DNA from: an uncultured Gammaproteobacteria bacterium
GTDB taxonomy: Bacteria > Patescibacteriota > Patescibacteriia > Magasanikbacterales > UBA922
Reading direction: 5' to 3'
Length of the DNA stretch: 64,000 nucleotides
NCBI GenBank assembly: GCA_965231005.1
Contig: OZ246405.1
Coordinates: 546,709 to 610,708, forward strand
Numbering within the stretch: position 1 is the stretch's first letter; every line of letters starts with the position of its first letter. This document shows positions 1-10,108 of the stretch, piece after piece. The notes beneath the pieces are model-generated. The model did no database searches, was not told the origin of the DNA, and saw nothing but the letters and a program-made list of their open reading frames with translations. Position numbers and translations under genes: made by a program.

Positions 1-230
1 AAACCGAACAAGGCACCAATGACTGGCATACCAACAAGTGCGCCAAACGCAAGAACAGTACCATAACTTAAGCCTGGGGTTGATGCAGCTGCTGACGAAA
101 TCCAACCAATGCTTACAAGCGTGTCTATGACAAGACCACCAAATGAATATATGATTCCGGCAAGCAGGCCAAGAAGTCCAAATACAATCGTTTGAAATTT
201 TGTGTAAGAGATTATATTAATTTTTTTCAT
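1..230 (-). CDS. Hypothetical small membrane protein, N-terminal part only (gene runs off the window start)
   Basis: The reverse complement from the ATG at 230..228 reads MKKINIISYTKFQTIVFGLLGLLAGIIYSFGGLVIDTLVSIGWISSAASTPGLSYGTVLAFGALVGMPVIGALFGF..., which is hydrophobic with glycine zipper-like GxxxG spacing. The frame is open to position 1. It is absent from the ORF track because it is truncated. Confidence 0.45.
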   Translation of the reverse strand, partial: MKKINIISYTKFQTIVFGLLGLLAGIIYSFGGLVIDTLVSIGWISSAAASTPGLSYGTVLAFGALVGMPVIGALFG

Positions 231-269
231 ATTTATTATTGTACTTCAACAAATAGACATTCGCAACTA

Positions 270-309
270 AGAGATATTAAAATAAAAACTCCACATGATG
301 TGGAGTTTT
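270..309 (-). terminator. Rho-independent terminator downstream of clpP (minus strand)
   Basis: The palindrome aaaactccacat/atgtggagtttt at 285..309 gives, on the minus strand, a hairpin followed by a T-rich run (reverse complement of gagatattaaaataaaaa). Confidence 0.5.
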
Positions 310-325
310 AGATTTGATTCTTTAT

Positions 326-925
326 TTATGAAATTACTTTGTCTACAAGTCCATAATCAACCGCTTCCTGCGCACTCATGAAATAATCTCTGTCAGCATC
401 TTTTTCAACTTTCTTTAAATTTTTTCCAGTATGTTTTGCAAGAAGTTCATTCAGCTGTTGTTTCATTTTTACAATACGTTCAGCATGAATTTGAATGTCA
501 CTTGCTTGTCCTTGTGTACCACCCATAACCTGATGAATCATTACTTCTGAATTTGGTAAACAAAATCGTTTTCCTTTTGCACCAGCAGTAAGGAGAACTG
601 CTCCCATACTTGCTGCCATACCAATACAAATTGTTGAAACATCTGGTTTAATGTATTGCATGGTGTCGTAGATTGCCATTCCTGCAGTAACAGATCCACC
701 AGGAGAGTTGATATACAATTTAATATCTTTGTCTGGATCTTGATTTTCAAGAAATAACATTTGAGCGATAACTGTATTTGCGACTACATCATTCACACCA
801 CTTCCTAGGAAAATAATTCTATCTTTTAATAGACGAGAATAAATATCATATGCTCGTTCACCATAAGATGTTTTTTCAATCACTGTTGGGATAAGGTGTT
901 GGTTTGTCATTGTTTGGGTAGTCAT
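326..925 (-). CDS. clpP: ATP-dependent Clp protease proteolytic subunit
   Basis: The full 199-aa ORF shows hallmark ClpP sequence: [44 protein letters not shown], the catalytic Ser context GMAASMGA, and MIHQ. Confidence 0.92.
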   Translation of the reverse strand: MTTQTMTNQHLIPTVIEKTSYGERAYDIYSRLLKDRIIFLGSGVNDVVANTVIAQMLFLENQDPDKDIKLYINSPGGSVTAGMAIYDTMQYIKPDVSTICIGMAASMGAVLLTAGAKGKRFCLPNSEVMIHQVMGGTQGQASDIQIHAERIVKMKQQLNELLAKHTGKNLKKVEKDADRDYFMSAQEAVDYGLVDKVIS

Positions 926-985
926 ATATATTTTTCTTTAACTATTAGTGAGTATATCACGGCTCTTGTTTTCAATCTAGTTTTT

Positions 986-1053
986 TATTAGTTACTAGTT
1001 AATAGTTATTAGCTTTTGTAGGAAGTATTAGTAACTAATAACTAGTAGCTAAT
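986..1053. repeat. AT-rich inverted-repeat intergenic element (family member A)
   Basis: ttagttactagttaatagttattagc ... ttagtaactaataactagtagctaat. The arms are built from the mutually reverse-complementary words ttagttactag and ctagtaactaa. The same word family recurs at 44471..44527 and 62098..62189. Confidence 0.4.
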
Positions 1054-1064
1054 ATCTAATAATC

Positions 1065-2069
1065 TTATATTTCAACCTCTTGCAATGCAAGTTTATCAAT
1101 ATGCATTACAGCATCAAGAACACGTTCAACAGCATTGTGGATGGGCCCTTCTATAGTAAATCCAGCAGCTTTTTTGTGACCACCGCCACCAAGGTGCTTT
1201 GCATACTGAGCAACATTGGTATCATCTCTGGTAGTTCGAAAACTTCCTTTTACATTTCCGTCTTCGAGTTCTTTCAAAATAAGTCCAGCTCTTCCATCTT
1301 GCAGATTATTCATAAAGTTTGCAACCCCTTCTATTTCAGTTTCTTCCACACTATGTTTTTTAATGTCTTCCTGTGTTACATAGGTATGAACAATGTCGGT
1401 TTCTTTGTGATGAATAAGGCGAGAAAGAATTGCTCCCCAGAGTTGTAATCCTTTTACAGATTTATCTTTAAATGCTGATTGTTTAATTAATTTTAAATCA
1501 CCACCCTTTTCAATCAACTTGCTTGCAATAATAAGCGAGGCAATTGTGGTTCCACCATTTGTAAAATTATCTGTATCTGTTACAAGTCCTGTCAGGAGAC
1601 AAGTTGCAATGTCTTGATCAATTGTAATGTCATTGTAAACAAAAAATCTATAAATAATAGCAGTTGTTGAAGATTCTTTATCCATCACAATATTATAATC
1701 ACCAAAGTATTCGTTTGTTGCATGGTGATCAAAGTTAATAATAGTAGGTTTCTTAGTTAGTTTTTCAACATGTTGGTCTATTCCTGCATATCGCAAGTCT
1801 CCAGAATCAAACAGAATAAGTGTATCAATTTCACTATCATTCCATACAGATGCATCGTTTGAAACGCTCGCGCTGTGTGGCAGATAGGCTAGTTTTTTTG
1901 ATATATCTGTTGAACAGTACGCAGTATAATCTTTTCCAATTTTTTCCAAAAAGTGAATAAACGCAGCAACAGATCCCAAGGTGTCGCCATCTGGGTTCTG
2001 GTGGGGGACCAACATCATTTTGTTGGCTCCTAGAATATGTTTATAAATTTGTTTTGCTACGTGCTTCAT
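1065..2069 (-). CDS. DHH/DHHA1 phosphoesterase, NrnA-like bifunctional oligoribonuclease/pAp phosphatase
   Basis: The 334-aa ORF carries DHH-family motifs: HQNPDGDTLGS, NFDHH and the C-terminal DHHA1 GGGGH (HLGGGGHKKAAGF). Confidence 0.8.
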   Translation of the reverse strand: MKHVAKQIYKHILGANKMMLVPHQNPDGDTLGSVAAFIHFLEKIGKDYTAYCSTDISKKLAYLPHSASVSNDASVWNDSEIDTLILFDSGDLRYAGIDQHVEKLTKKPTIINFDHHATNEYFGDYNIVMDKESSTTAIIYRFFVYNDITIDQDIATCLLTGLVTDTDNFTNGGTTIASLIIASKLIEKGGDLKLIKQSAFKDKSVKGLQLWGAILSRLIHHKETDIVHTYVTQEDIKKHSVEETEIEGVANFMNNLQDGRAGLILKELEDGNVKGSFRTTRDDTNVAQYAKHLGGGGHKKAAGFTIEGPIHNAVERVLDAVMHIDKLALQEVEI

Positions 2070-2280
2070 AATAGTGTTTCCGGCAGAATTTAGCCGATGG
2101 ATGATTATATACTAGGGTCGTTGTGGTGTCAAGGGGATATATCCAAATAAAGAAATAAGAGAAAAAATAAAAAATAAATACATATAATCTGAAGTATTTT
2201 TATAAAGTACCTCTTTCTTTGTTGAAATTTCATTTTTCATATGATAAGCTCTTCGCACCATCTCAACCAGGAGTAGAATA

Positions 2281-3471
2281 GTGAGATATTCTCTGATGTT
2301 TTTGTTTATAGCTGTTCTCAGCATGAGCGGCTGTGTAAAGGTCACCCACCTGACAGAAAGGGGAGGAGGGGTTGGCTACAAAGTGAAGATCCAGGAGCCA
2401 ATGGTAACTCGGATCGATCCAGATCTGAGCGGCTGCAACATGGCATTTTTGCCGTTCGCATCACGGACCGGCGCAGTCAGCATCGATCTCGATCTCGCCT
2501 TTGCGAATCGCAAGCTCGACGTGATTGTCGGCTTTGTGAAAGGGCGTTCCAAAAAGTGCAAAGTTGTTTCGCCGAACAAGGCTCAACAACAACTGTCAAA
2601 GTCAGGACTCATTCAGCCGTACGCACAGGCACTACGCAATTACGCAACCAGTGGCATGATCGACGAGTCAGTCATCCGAAAAGTGGCAAACGCGCTCGGT
2701 GTTGACATGCTGATCCAGACCAAGCTGCTTCGATTCGACGCAGATATATCAACGAACCAGTTCCGCGCGGCCAGAGTTCGCTTTATCGCCTTTTCAAAGA
2801 AGACCGGTCGAGTTGCATATTCTGTTGAATCGAGCGGTGCTGCGAAAAAGTTTGATACGCGTTTTACACACAAGTCTGTGAAGCGTGATCATTCCTCAGC
2901 AGCCTTGTACACCATGATCGCAGGAGGGATTGGTGCTGTAGGTCTGCTCGTTACTCTTTTCGCCGACGACAATGATCTCACGCCAGTTGGTATTAGTATG
3001 ATGATACCAGCTGCTGGTATCCCGCTTGCTCGCAGGGACGGTGAGGTATTCAGGAAAGAGGAGGGAGATCACTACGATAAATCCTCCAGGGGAATGAGCG
3101 TACAGGCCGGGTTTTCCAAAGTACTCCACAAAGGACTTGTCCCAGTCTTGAAACTTGCTGGGCTTTACACCAGGCGTAGTGGTCAGAAGAATTCGACAAC
3201 ACAAGTCAAACCAATGAGTGTTGGAGAAAGGACTGGCTTGAACGATCCCTCTAGTGATCCAAAGTCGTTGACAGGATTGATGCCAATCTGCCAGCGACTC
3301 TGCAAAGCCTACGTCGGACTCGACTACAACACACAAGGAATTGCTGCAAGGCGGAAGGCGCTTCAATGCACCAAGCGCTGTGTTCAATACAAAGACAAGA
3401 GATATCGAGCATGCCTGCGTAATGCGGCTGTTCCTGGCGACGTCCACAGCTGTGAATCACTGCCGCGCTAG
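2281..3471 (+). CDS. Hypothetical lipoprotein with a Cys-rich C-terminus, encoded on a GC-rich segment
   Basis: A GTG start at 2281 lies 8 nt after an AGGAG. The lipobox-like signal is MRYSLMFLFIAVLSMSGC. The gene body is visibly much richer in G+C than the flanking AT-rich DNA. No recognisable catalytic motif was found. The C-terminus is CQRLCKAYVGLDYN...CTKRCVQYKDKRYRACL. Confidence 0.55.
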   Translation: MRYSLMFLFIAVLSMSGCVKVTHLTERGGGVGYKVKIQEPMVTRIDPDLSGCNMAFLPFASRTGAVSIDLDLAFANRKLDVIVGFVKGRSKKCKVVSPNKAQQQLSKSGLIQPYAQALRNYATSGMIDESVIRKVANALGVDMLIQTKLLRFDADISTNQFRAARVRFIAFSKKTGRVAYSVESSGAAKKFDTRFTHKSVKRDHSSAALYTMIAGGIGAVGLLVTLFADDNDLTPVGISMMIPAAGIPLARRDGEVFRKEEGDHYDKSSRGMSVQAGFSKVLHKGLVPVLKLAGLYTRRSGQKNSTTQVKPMSVGERTGLNDPSSDPKSLTGLMPICQRLCKAYVGLDYNTQGIAARRKALQCTKRCVQYKDKRYRACLRNAAVPGDVHSCESLPR

Positions 3472-3498
3472 TTCTTGGTTGGTAAGGGGGAATTACCA

Positions 3499-3538
3499 AA
3501 GGGCACACTGAGTTTCACAATTCAGCGTTGCCCTTTTT
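3499..3538 (+). terminator. Putative intrinsic terminator after the GC-rich lipoprotein gene
   Basis: The stem gggcacactga ... tcagcgttgccc is followed by ttttt at 3534..3538. Confidence 0.4.
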
Positions 3539-3852
3539 ACTTTTTAAAATATCAATGATATAGACTATTTTGACTTTTTTAGCAGGTAGTTGACAAAATT
3601 AAGAAAATCACCTAAGGTATAGGCACTTCGAGTTTATTCGTAGTTCCTTGTGAGAGAGATGAAAATTGCTCAACTTACGGAAATTATGAATACACCCTAA
3701 GTAATGCCTATGTCATATTGGAAAAAAAATATTGAACCAATAAAGCCGTTTATTTGCTATGCAATTAGATGGGGCAGTACTAAGTAAAAAATCCCTTTTT
3801 TGTAGGGATTTTATGTTTTCTTGATCACCCTTTCATTAGAATAAGGTTACCT

Positions 3853-6800
3853 ATGAGATTTTCACATGCTAGAAAATTTATTATTTTTCTTACAGTAGGG
3901 CTTCTTGCATTTACGCCTATTCTTTCTGTATATGCGCAAGAAGCTGCACTGCCACCAGTGGATCCATTGATCGATGATCCTGCATTAGGTATTGACGAGT
4001 TACATGATCCAGCGTTGATTCCTCCTCTTGCATTTGATGATCCTGCTTTAGCAGAGCCTCTTCTTCCAGACGATGGACTGTTTCCACCAGAACCATTTCC
4101 ATTTGATCTTGCGCCAGACGCAACCATACTCGATCCATATCAGTATGTTGATGATCCAGCACTATTTATTGATCCACTTGTTCCACCACTTCCACCAGCA
4201 GATCCACCACCAGGATTAGCAGATGATTATATTCCACCAGACTTCTATCCAGATGATCCTCTTGTTGTTCCTCCATCTGTTGGGGACGATTATCTTCCAC
4301 CAGATGATTATCCACTTGTTCCGCCAGACATTGGTGATGATTATATTCCAGTTGTTCCACCATCTCCACCAGACTTACCAGAAATTGAAGTTCCACAATA
4401 CGCTGAACTTATGCGTTCGTTGCGTGATTTTGGAAATGATGAACAAACACAAGATGGCGAATACATCGATCCATACATATTAGAAGAACAACTAAATCTT
4501 TTTATTGATAAAGAGCGTGAAGAATTAAGCGAATTAGGTATTCCATCTCACAAGGTTGATAGATATGTAGAATTTTTAGAAGAACAACGGAATGAAATAT
4601 TTCATATTGATGAACCATGGTATCAAGAAATCGGCGATTATATAGGAGAAATCACTGATCCATTGTTTGACTATTTTCGAGATGATGTTGAATTTTCTCC
4701 AATGGAAGAAGCAGAGGGCATTCGTATTCCAGAACATCCATCAACATTTTCTTTTAGTAATGACAAAATTATTGTTGAATCATTACAAGATCCAACTGTT
4801 GAAGCAAATTCAGTCGCAGAGTTAGCTACATCGCTCCGAGATCTTGTCAGTATACGTCCTGTTGTTGCAGAACAAATGCTTCCTGTATTGAAAGATGTTC
4901 GTGCTGATGGAGAGGTTATTATTAATACACAAATAAAAGAACTTGCACGGTCACTTGAACACAATCCAGTAAAGATTTTTAACTATGTGCGCAACAACAT
5001 AGACTTCGAACCATATTACGGAGCAAAAAAGGGGAGTGTTGGTTGTCTGCAAGAAGCATTGTGTAATGACAAAGATACAAGTTCACTACTCATTGCACTA
5101 TTGCGTGCGTCTGGCATTCCTGCCCGATACAGAAAGACAGTTGCAATTGTTCCTGTTGAAGATTTAAAAAATCTTTTGGGAGTAGATGAAACAAAAACAG
5201 TGTTTGCGGCTTTTTATGCAAATAAGGTACCAATTCATACGCTTAAATCAGAAAATAATGGAAAGGACTTAACAACAGCTGATTTTTCTAAGGAAACAGA
5301 TTTTGCACTCGAGTGGGTACATGTTCAAGCATATTATGACTATGATGAGCGTGGTGGAAATATCACGAATTATCTTACATTTGATAGTGCAAAGACAGAT
5401 AAAGATGTTCAAGCAGCATTAGCAAATGAAGTAAAGAAACAATGGATTTCAATAGATCCTGTTATAAAGTCATACAAACGAGATAAAAAAACGATTCTTC
5501 CTGATACAACAAATATTAATGTTGAAACATTTTGGTATGACTATTTGAAATACAATGGTGACCTTACACCAAATGAAAAGTATCTTGCAGATTTAAAAAC
5601 AAAAACAGGAAAAGATCCAAAACAATTTTTATCTACAAAGTCACTGATTAAAAAAGAATACGGTATTCTACCAATCACACTTCCATACAAGATTGGTGAG
5701 GGTGTTCTTGGTGATGGTACAATGATAAAGAAAGAAATTTTTTCTGCAATGCCAGATAAATTTAGAGACACAGTAGAAATATCTTTGCTGAAAGAAAAAG
5801 ATAATTCAGTTGTTCTATCAAAAAAGTTTTATGGAAATGAAATAAATAATGTTGAACTAGACTTGTTATATAAAGGAGCAACTGCAGCTGATAAAAAAAT
5901 TATTGAAAAATATGGTGGTCTTGCACGAACACCTGCTGCACTTGTAGATATAACACCGTACTTTCTTTCGAGTAGTGGCTCATATGAAGGATCAACAAAA
6001 GTAAAAATTGGTGATGCACTTATTCTCCGATTTACCTATTCATTAAAAGGAAAAGAGTTTACAAAAAACGAAAAATTTTCTACAGCAGGGAATGCAGAAG
6101 GTATTTATGTTTCACTTTCAAAAACACAGACCGATCCATCGCTTAACTCTGATTCACGAATCTTGCTGCGTGGAAATGTAGGACTTGCTAGAGAATATTT
6201 AAAGCGAATGGATGAATCTCAAGCACTCTTAGGAGGAGTATTTGGATATGACACTGATTTGTTCTTTTCTCGAGCAGTTGTTACACAAAATAGAATTCTT
6301 GGTGTAAAAAATAATATTCCAACAACATTTGATTTCAAAGGGCTTTCTATTGATGCACAAGCTTATATTAATGACTATTCAAATAGAGGTGATCATGAAT
6401 CGCATCGAAAAGATTTCCGACTTCTTTGGGGATTGCAAGCGTCAAACGAAGAAAGTAATCTTTTTACTGATGTTACAGGACTAGACGCAATTTCTTCAGT
6501 AGAGGGATTGCAATATGCTTACAAAAATCCAAATACATATAAGGTATATAAGATCACAAAGACAAATAAATCTGACATTGATAAACTTTCTCTTAGTGCA
6601 AATACGATTGCGAACATGAAAAAAGATGTTGATAATGGCAATACTATTATTACACCAGACAAGTTCGTTAAAAATGGTGTATGGAAAGGACTGTTCTATA
6701 TTTCTCTTAAACCAGATTGGACAGGGACATATGCAATTGGAGAGCAGAGTCAGCAGAATGGTGCATGGACAGTAGAAGAATTTCTTGACAGTAAGTATAA

Positions 6801-8484
6801 AGATGAAGATGGTTTAGATCGCAATGGATATATAAATAAATTTGATAATGAAACGTATTATTATGAGGATAATGCTGATACTGTAGCTGGGATTCAATGT
6901 CGTTTAGAAAATAAGGAAAAAAATACAATTAAAGCATTAGATGGGTGGAAGGATGCATATGGGTATCCTTGTAAGTATGATTCTCTTTCTTTTACGGGAA
7001 TACAACATTCATTTGCACTTGCATCAAATGGAGCATATTTTTATCGACCGAGTGTCTATTCGTATTGGGCTTCGCAAAGTGCAGTTACTTCAAAGATGCA
7101 AGGATATATTGACAATATGCCTTCTGTTGAAGATACCTATACGTTTCAATTTTCAGAGATCGCAGGGACATATATTTGGAGTATTTGCAAGAAGAAAGGA
7201 AAGAGAAATTGTGATAATAATGAGTATGCAACAATCTATTATTCGCCTGGTGCAGGAGGTCACAGTTCTGGAAAGGTAGTTCAACTGATGGGAGGATTTT
7301 TGGACAAAGCTGAAAACGATGGTCTTATTCCAAAGATTGGTTTTCCTATTACAGATGAAATACCTGTCGAGAACAAGACCTTTAAAACAAAGGGTGTATA
7401 CCAGTCATATGTAAATGGAAAACAATTTTATTACGTAAAGAGGGGTCATAATACATATTATTCATATGGAAAATTAACAAAGGTACATGATGACAAAGAT
7501 GGCGTGATAGGCTCACTTGGTTTTCCAGTAGATGATCCTAATATAAGAAATGGTCGTGCATACCAAGAATATCAGGGAGATATGGAGATTGGTTGGAATT
7601 TAGGTAATGGCTCAACAAAAGTTGAAGGATTTAAGAATTATCGTTGTGAATTGTATGGGAATGTTAAGGATCCTTTTCGATTGGGATTATATTTAGCTAT
7701 TGGAATATATGATACAGCAATACAAACTATAGCAGATATTATTGATTTGATTATTCTTGTTGAAAAATTAAGAAATCCTACTGCTGAGGATGTTAAAAAA
7801 GTAAAGGAATTTGTTGATGAAGTTCTAAAGCTAGATATTAAAAATGATATTATACCTTTCTTAAAGTCTGTTAGTGGTACAGCATACAAAAATCTTATAG
7901 ATGAATATGATACATCTTTGGGTGCGAATGGATGTTCTGCACGAACAAATTATATTGGTGGTCGACTTGCTGGTCATGTAATTCTTATATATTTTTCTGC
8001 ATCAAAACTTTCTGCACTTTCAAAAGTAAAAATTCTAAATAGAGCTGCTATTGCATTTAGTAAGTTAGATGAAGTCGCAAAGATTGGTAAATTTGGTAAG
8101 AAGTTTCGCTTTGTAAATGCTGATGATGCAAAGAAATGGAAGGAAATTATGAAGATTACTGATAGTAATGAAAAAGGGAAAAAGGCTCGAGATTTACTAG
8201 CTGATGTAGTGCCTCATACGAATATTGAAAGAAAAATTGAAGATAGAATTGTTGATATATATGATGCTAAAACAGGTTATGCACATGAAGTAAAAATGTG
8301 GAAGAATAAAGTGTCACATGATGGATTGGTAAAAGATCAAATTCAAAAAGATATTGATTTAATGAATAAGCGTGGTCCAGATGAATATCGGCCTATATGG
8401 CATTTCTTGGAAGGCGAACCTACTGAACCATTAAAGAAAATTATGGAGGAGAATGGTATCGAATATATACTTTATATTAACTAG
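3853..8484 (+). CDS. Giant secreted protein (1543 aa) with a transglutaminase-like cysteine-protease core and a C-terminal PD-(D/E)xK-like tail
   Basis: A signal peptide (MRFSHARKFIIFLTVGLLAFTPILSVYAQ) is followed by Asp/Pro-rich repeats (DDPAL, DDYIPP, DDYLPP). The transglutaminase-like signature is GSVGCLQEALCNDKDTSSLLIALLRASGIPARY followed by EWVHVQAYYDYD, giving a candidate Cys-His-Asp triad. The C-terminal approximately 120 aa contains RIVDIYDAKTGYAHEVKMWK, which fits a D...ExK nuclease pattern. Confidence 0.7.
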   Translation: MRFSHARKFIIFLTVGLLAFTPILSVYAQEAALPPVDPLIDDPALGIDELHDPALIPPLAFDDPALAEPLLPDDGLFPPEPFPFDLAPDATILDPYQYVDDPALFIDPLVPPLPPADPPPGLADDYIPPDFYPDDPLVVPPSVGDDYLPPDDYPLVPPDIGDDYIPVVPPSPPDLPEIEVPQYAELMRSLRDFGNDEQTQDGEYIDPYILEEQLNLFIDKEREELSELGIPSHKVDRYVEFLEEQRNEIFHIDEPWYQEIGDYIGEITDPLFDYFRDDVEFSPMEEAEGIRIPEHPSTFSFSNDKIIVESLQDPTVEANSVAELATSLRDLVSIRPVVAEQMLPVLKDVRADGEVIINTQIKELARSLEHNPVKIFNYVRNNIDFEPYYGAKKGSVGCLQEALCNDKDTSSLLIALLRASGIPARYRKTVAIVPVEDLKNLLGVDETKTVFAAFYANKVPIHTLKSENNGKDLTTADFSKETDFALEWVHVQAYYDYDERGGNITNYLTFDSAKTDKDVQAALANEVKKQWISIDPVIKSYKRDKKTILPDTTNINVETFWYDYLKYNGDLTPNEKYLADLKTKTGKDPKQFLSTKSLIKKEYGILPITLPYKIGEGVLGDGTMIKKEIFSAMPDKFRDTVEISLLKEKDNSVVLSKKFYGNEINNVELDLLYKGATAADKKIIEKYGGLARTPAALVDITPYFLSSSGSYEGSTKVKIGDALILRFTYSLKGKEFTKNEKFSTAGNAEGIYVSLSKTQTDPSLNSDSRILLRGNVGLAREYLKRMDESQALLGGVFGYDTDLFFSRAVVTQNRILGVKNNIPTTFDFKGLSIDAQAYINDYSNRGDHESHRKDFRLLWGLQASNEESNLFTDVTGLDAISSVEGLQYAYKNPNTYKVYKITKTNKSDIDKLSLSANTIANMKKDVDNGNTIITPDKFVKNGVWKGLFYISLKPDWTGTYAIGEQSQQNGAWTVEEFLDSKYKDEDGLDRNGYINKFDNETYYYEDNADTVAGIQCRLENKEKNTIKALDGWKDAYGYPCKYDSLSFTGIQHSFALASNGAYFYRPSVYSYWASQSAVTSKMQGYIDNMPSVEDTYTFQFSEIAGTYIWSICKKKGKRNCDNNEYATIYYSPGAGGHSSGKVVQLMGGFLDKAENDGLIPKIGFPITDEIPVENKTFKTKGVYQSYVNGKQFYYVKRGHNTYYSYGKLTKVHDDKDGVIGSLGFPVDDPNIRNGRAYQEYQGDMEIGWNLGNGSTKVEGFKNYRCELYGNVKDPFRLGLYLAIGIYDTAIQTIADIIDLIILVEKLRNPTAEDVKKVKEFVDEVLKLDIKNDIIPFLKSVSGTAYKNLIDEYDTSLGANGCSARTNYIGGRLAGHVILIYFSASKLSALSKVKILNRAAIAFSKLDEVAKIGKFGKKFRFVNADDAKKWKEIMKITDSNEKGKKARDLLADVVPHTNIERKIEDRIVDIYDAKTGYAHEVKMWKNKVSHDGLVKDQIQKDIDLMNKRGPDEYRPIWHFLEGEPTEPLKKIMEENGIEYILYIN

Positions 8485-8490
8485 AAATAT

Positions 8491-8937
8491 ATGGGAAGAT
8501 TAATTGACTACAATTTTGAAAAATATTCAGCAAAGGATATGGTTCAGTCAGTTGAAGAGTGGGGCTACAAGGCACATTTTAAGCCAGGTGTTTATGGAAA
8601 GCAGGAGGAGGGGTTTTGGGTTGAAGGTGTTCCAATGAATATAAGGTTGCCAGATATTGCTGATTTAGAGAAATTTGAAAAGGGGGGGGCAATGGTTCCT
8701 ACTATTCGTTGGGAAACCTACGATGACATGTATTATGTCCCAGATCATATGGAAAAAGGAAATCATGAAAGGAATAAAGAACTTCTTGCAGAACATGAAA
8801 AGCTATTCATGAAACTGAAAAGAAAGTTTGGCAAGAAAAGTGGAGAAAATCCAAAAAAGGTAAAAGACAAAGAATGGATTTTGGAGCTGCAGGGGAAAGG
8901 TGGTTTTAAAAGTAAGGTGAAGAAGTTATTTAGATAG
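8491..8937 (+). CDS. Hypothetical 148-aa protein, candidate immunity/partner protein of the upstream giant protein's C-terminal domain
   Basis: The gene starts 7 nt after the stop of the 1543-aa gene and has no signal peptide. It has a paralog immediately downstream. It contains a G8 homopolymer at 8682..8689. Confidence 0.55.
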   Translation: MGRLIDYNFEKYSAKDMVQSVEEWGYKAHFKPGVYGKQEEGFWVEGVPMNIRLPDIADLEKFEKGGAMVPTIRWETYDDMYYVPDHMEKGNHERNKELLAEHEKLFMKLKRKFGKKSGENPKKVKDKEWILELQGKGGFKSKVKKLFR

Positions 8938-8969
8938 AATATATTTTGTATATTGAATAACATAGATAT

Positions 8970-9421
8970 ATGAGCAAACAGTTTCACTATGATCATGGAA
9001 AATACTCAGCAAAAGATATTGTTAAAGCTGTAGAAGAGTGGGGGCATAGGATAAATTTTCAATCGTGCATTCCTGGAAAGAGAGAAGAGGGTTTTTTAGT
9101 TGAAGGTATTCCTATTTTAGTTAGACTCCCAAATGTAGATTATATTGAAAGGGTAATTCTTCCTAAGGGGGGGAAATGATAACGACTGTTAAATGGATGA
9201 CATATGATGACATGTACTATGTTCCAGATCATATGGAAAAAGGAAATCATGAAAGGAATAAAGAACTTCTTGCAGAACATGAAAAGCTATTTATGAAAAT
9301 GAAACGCAAGTTTAGAATGAAGAATCTTAAGCAGCCTAAACAGATAAAAGATAGGGAATGGATTTTGGAATTGCAAGGGAAAGGTGGTTTAAAAAGTAAG
9401 GTAAAAAAATTGTTTGGATAA
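8970..9421 (+). pseudogene. Frameshifted paralog of 8491..8937, either a phase-variable gene or a pseudogene
   Basis: ORFs 8970..9179 and 9176..9421 are together colinear with 8491..8937. Shared sequence includes YSAKD.V..VEEWG, GF.VEG.P and TYDDMYYVPDHMEKGNHERNKELLAEHEKLFMK. The frame breaks at a G7 tract (9167..9173). Inserting one more G gives ...LPKGGEMITTVKWMTYDDMYYVPDH, matching copy 1 (...FEKGGAMVPTIRWETYDDMYYVPDH). Confidence 0.6.
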
Positions 9422-9439
9422 ATAGGAATTGTAAGTTCT

Positions 9440-10099
9440 ATGAGTATTGAAATCACAACAACATTACAACGGATAGTAACTTTCTTTAAATTTTCTATAA
9501 AGAAAAAAGAAGAAGAGCTTGTGATTAGACAACGAAGAAATTTCGTACCAATAGTATTTTGGTTAATCTTCCTTTTGTTTATTTTTGCCGTAGGTTACTT
9601 GGATTATAAAGAGATGGGAGTTGAGGCATTTATTCCCAATGATGGGAAGAAAATTTTAGGTCTAATTGCTTTCATAGTAATTATATATATGATTACAAAA
9701 AGTAATATAGTAGAAACATTAAAAACGCGTGCGCTGGTATTTAAATATCCTGAAAAAGAAATTTGGTATGACGGTATGAAAATGCCAATAGACAGGGCAA
9801 ATCATTTTGGCTTGTATAAGGATGCAAGTGCAAGGCACTACTATTATAGTATTGTATTAGCCTATGACGAAGGAGATGAATATGATATAGGTTTAGATGA
9901 CATGATTTTTTTGCCGACAAGATTTACAAAACTTTTTCTTATTGATGTAGCCAATGAAGCGAATACATTTTTAACAAATAACAGCCATGTTATAGATAGG
10001 GAAATGGATGTATTAGAGAAAGTTATTATTGCTGTATACAGCGGAATAATGTTGTTCCTCCTTTATCTAATTTACATAGTGACGAGAGTTTTATTCTAA
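9440..10099 (+). CDS. Hypothetical integral membrane protein
   Basis: A 219-aa ORF with several hydrophobic helices (IVFWLIFLLFIFAVGYL, ILGLIAFIVIIYMI, VIIAVYSGIMLFLLYLIYIV). No recognised motif. Confidence 0.45.
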   Translation: MSIEITTTLQRIVTFFKFSIKKKEEELVIRQRRNFVPIVFWLIFLLFIFAVGYLDYKEMGVEAFIPNDGKKILGLIAFIVIIYMITKSNIVETLKTRALVFKYPEKEIWYDGMKMPIDRANHFGLYKDASARHYYYSIVLAYDEGDEYDIGLDDMIFLPTRFTKLFLIDVANEANTFLTNNSHVIDREMDVLEKVIIAVYSGIMLFLLYLIYIVTRVLF

Positions 10100-10108
10100 A
10101 TAAAAAAT

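Noticed and set aside
1080-1448. A 122-aa plus-strand ORF
   Set aside because: It is fully antisense to the well-supported DHH phosphoesterase gene, with low-complexity Phe/Ser-rich translation typical of AT-rich antisense frames.
3825-4396. Minus-strand ORFs (100, 81, 76 aa) at the 5' end of the 1543-aa gene
   Set aside because: They are antisense to the Asp/Pro-rich repeat region, and repetitive sequence gives spurious open frames (Gly/Ser/Asn- or Gln/Glu-rich translations) with no start context.
8970-9421. Two independent small genes (69 aa and 81 aa)
   Set aside because: Their concatenation is colinear with the intact upstream paralog, and the break coincides exactly with a G7 homopolymer. 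They are better explained as one frameshifted or phase-variable gene.
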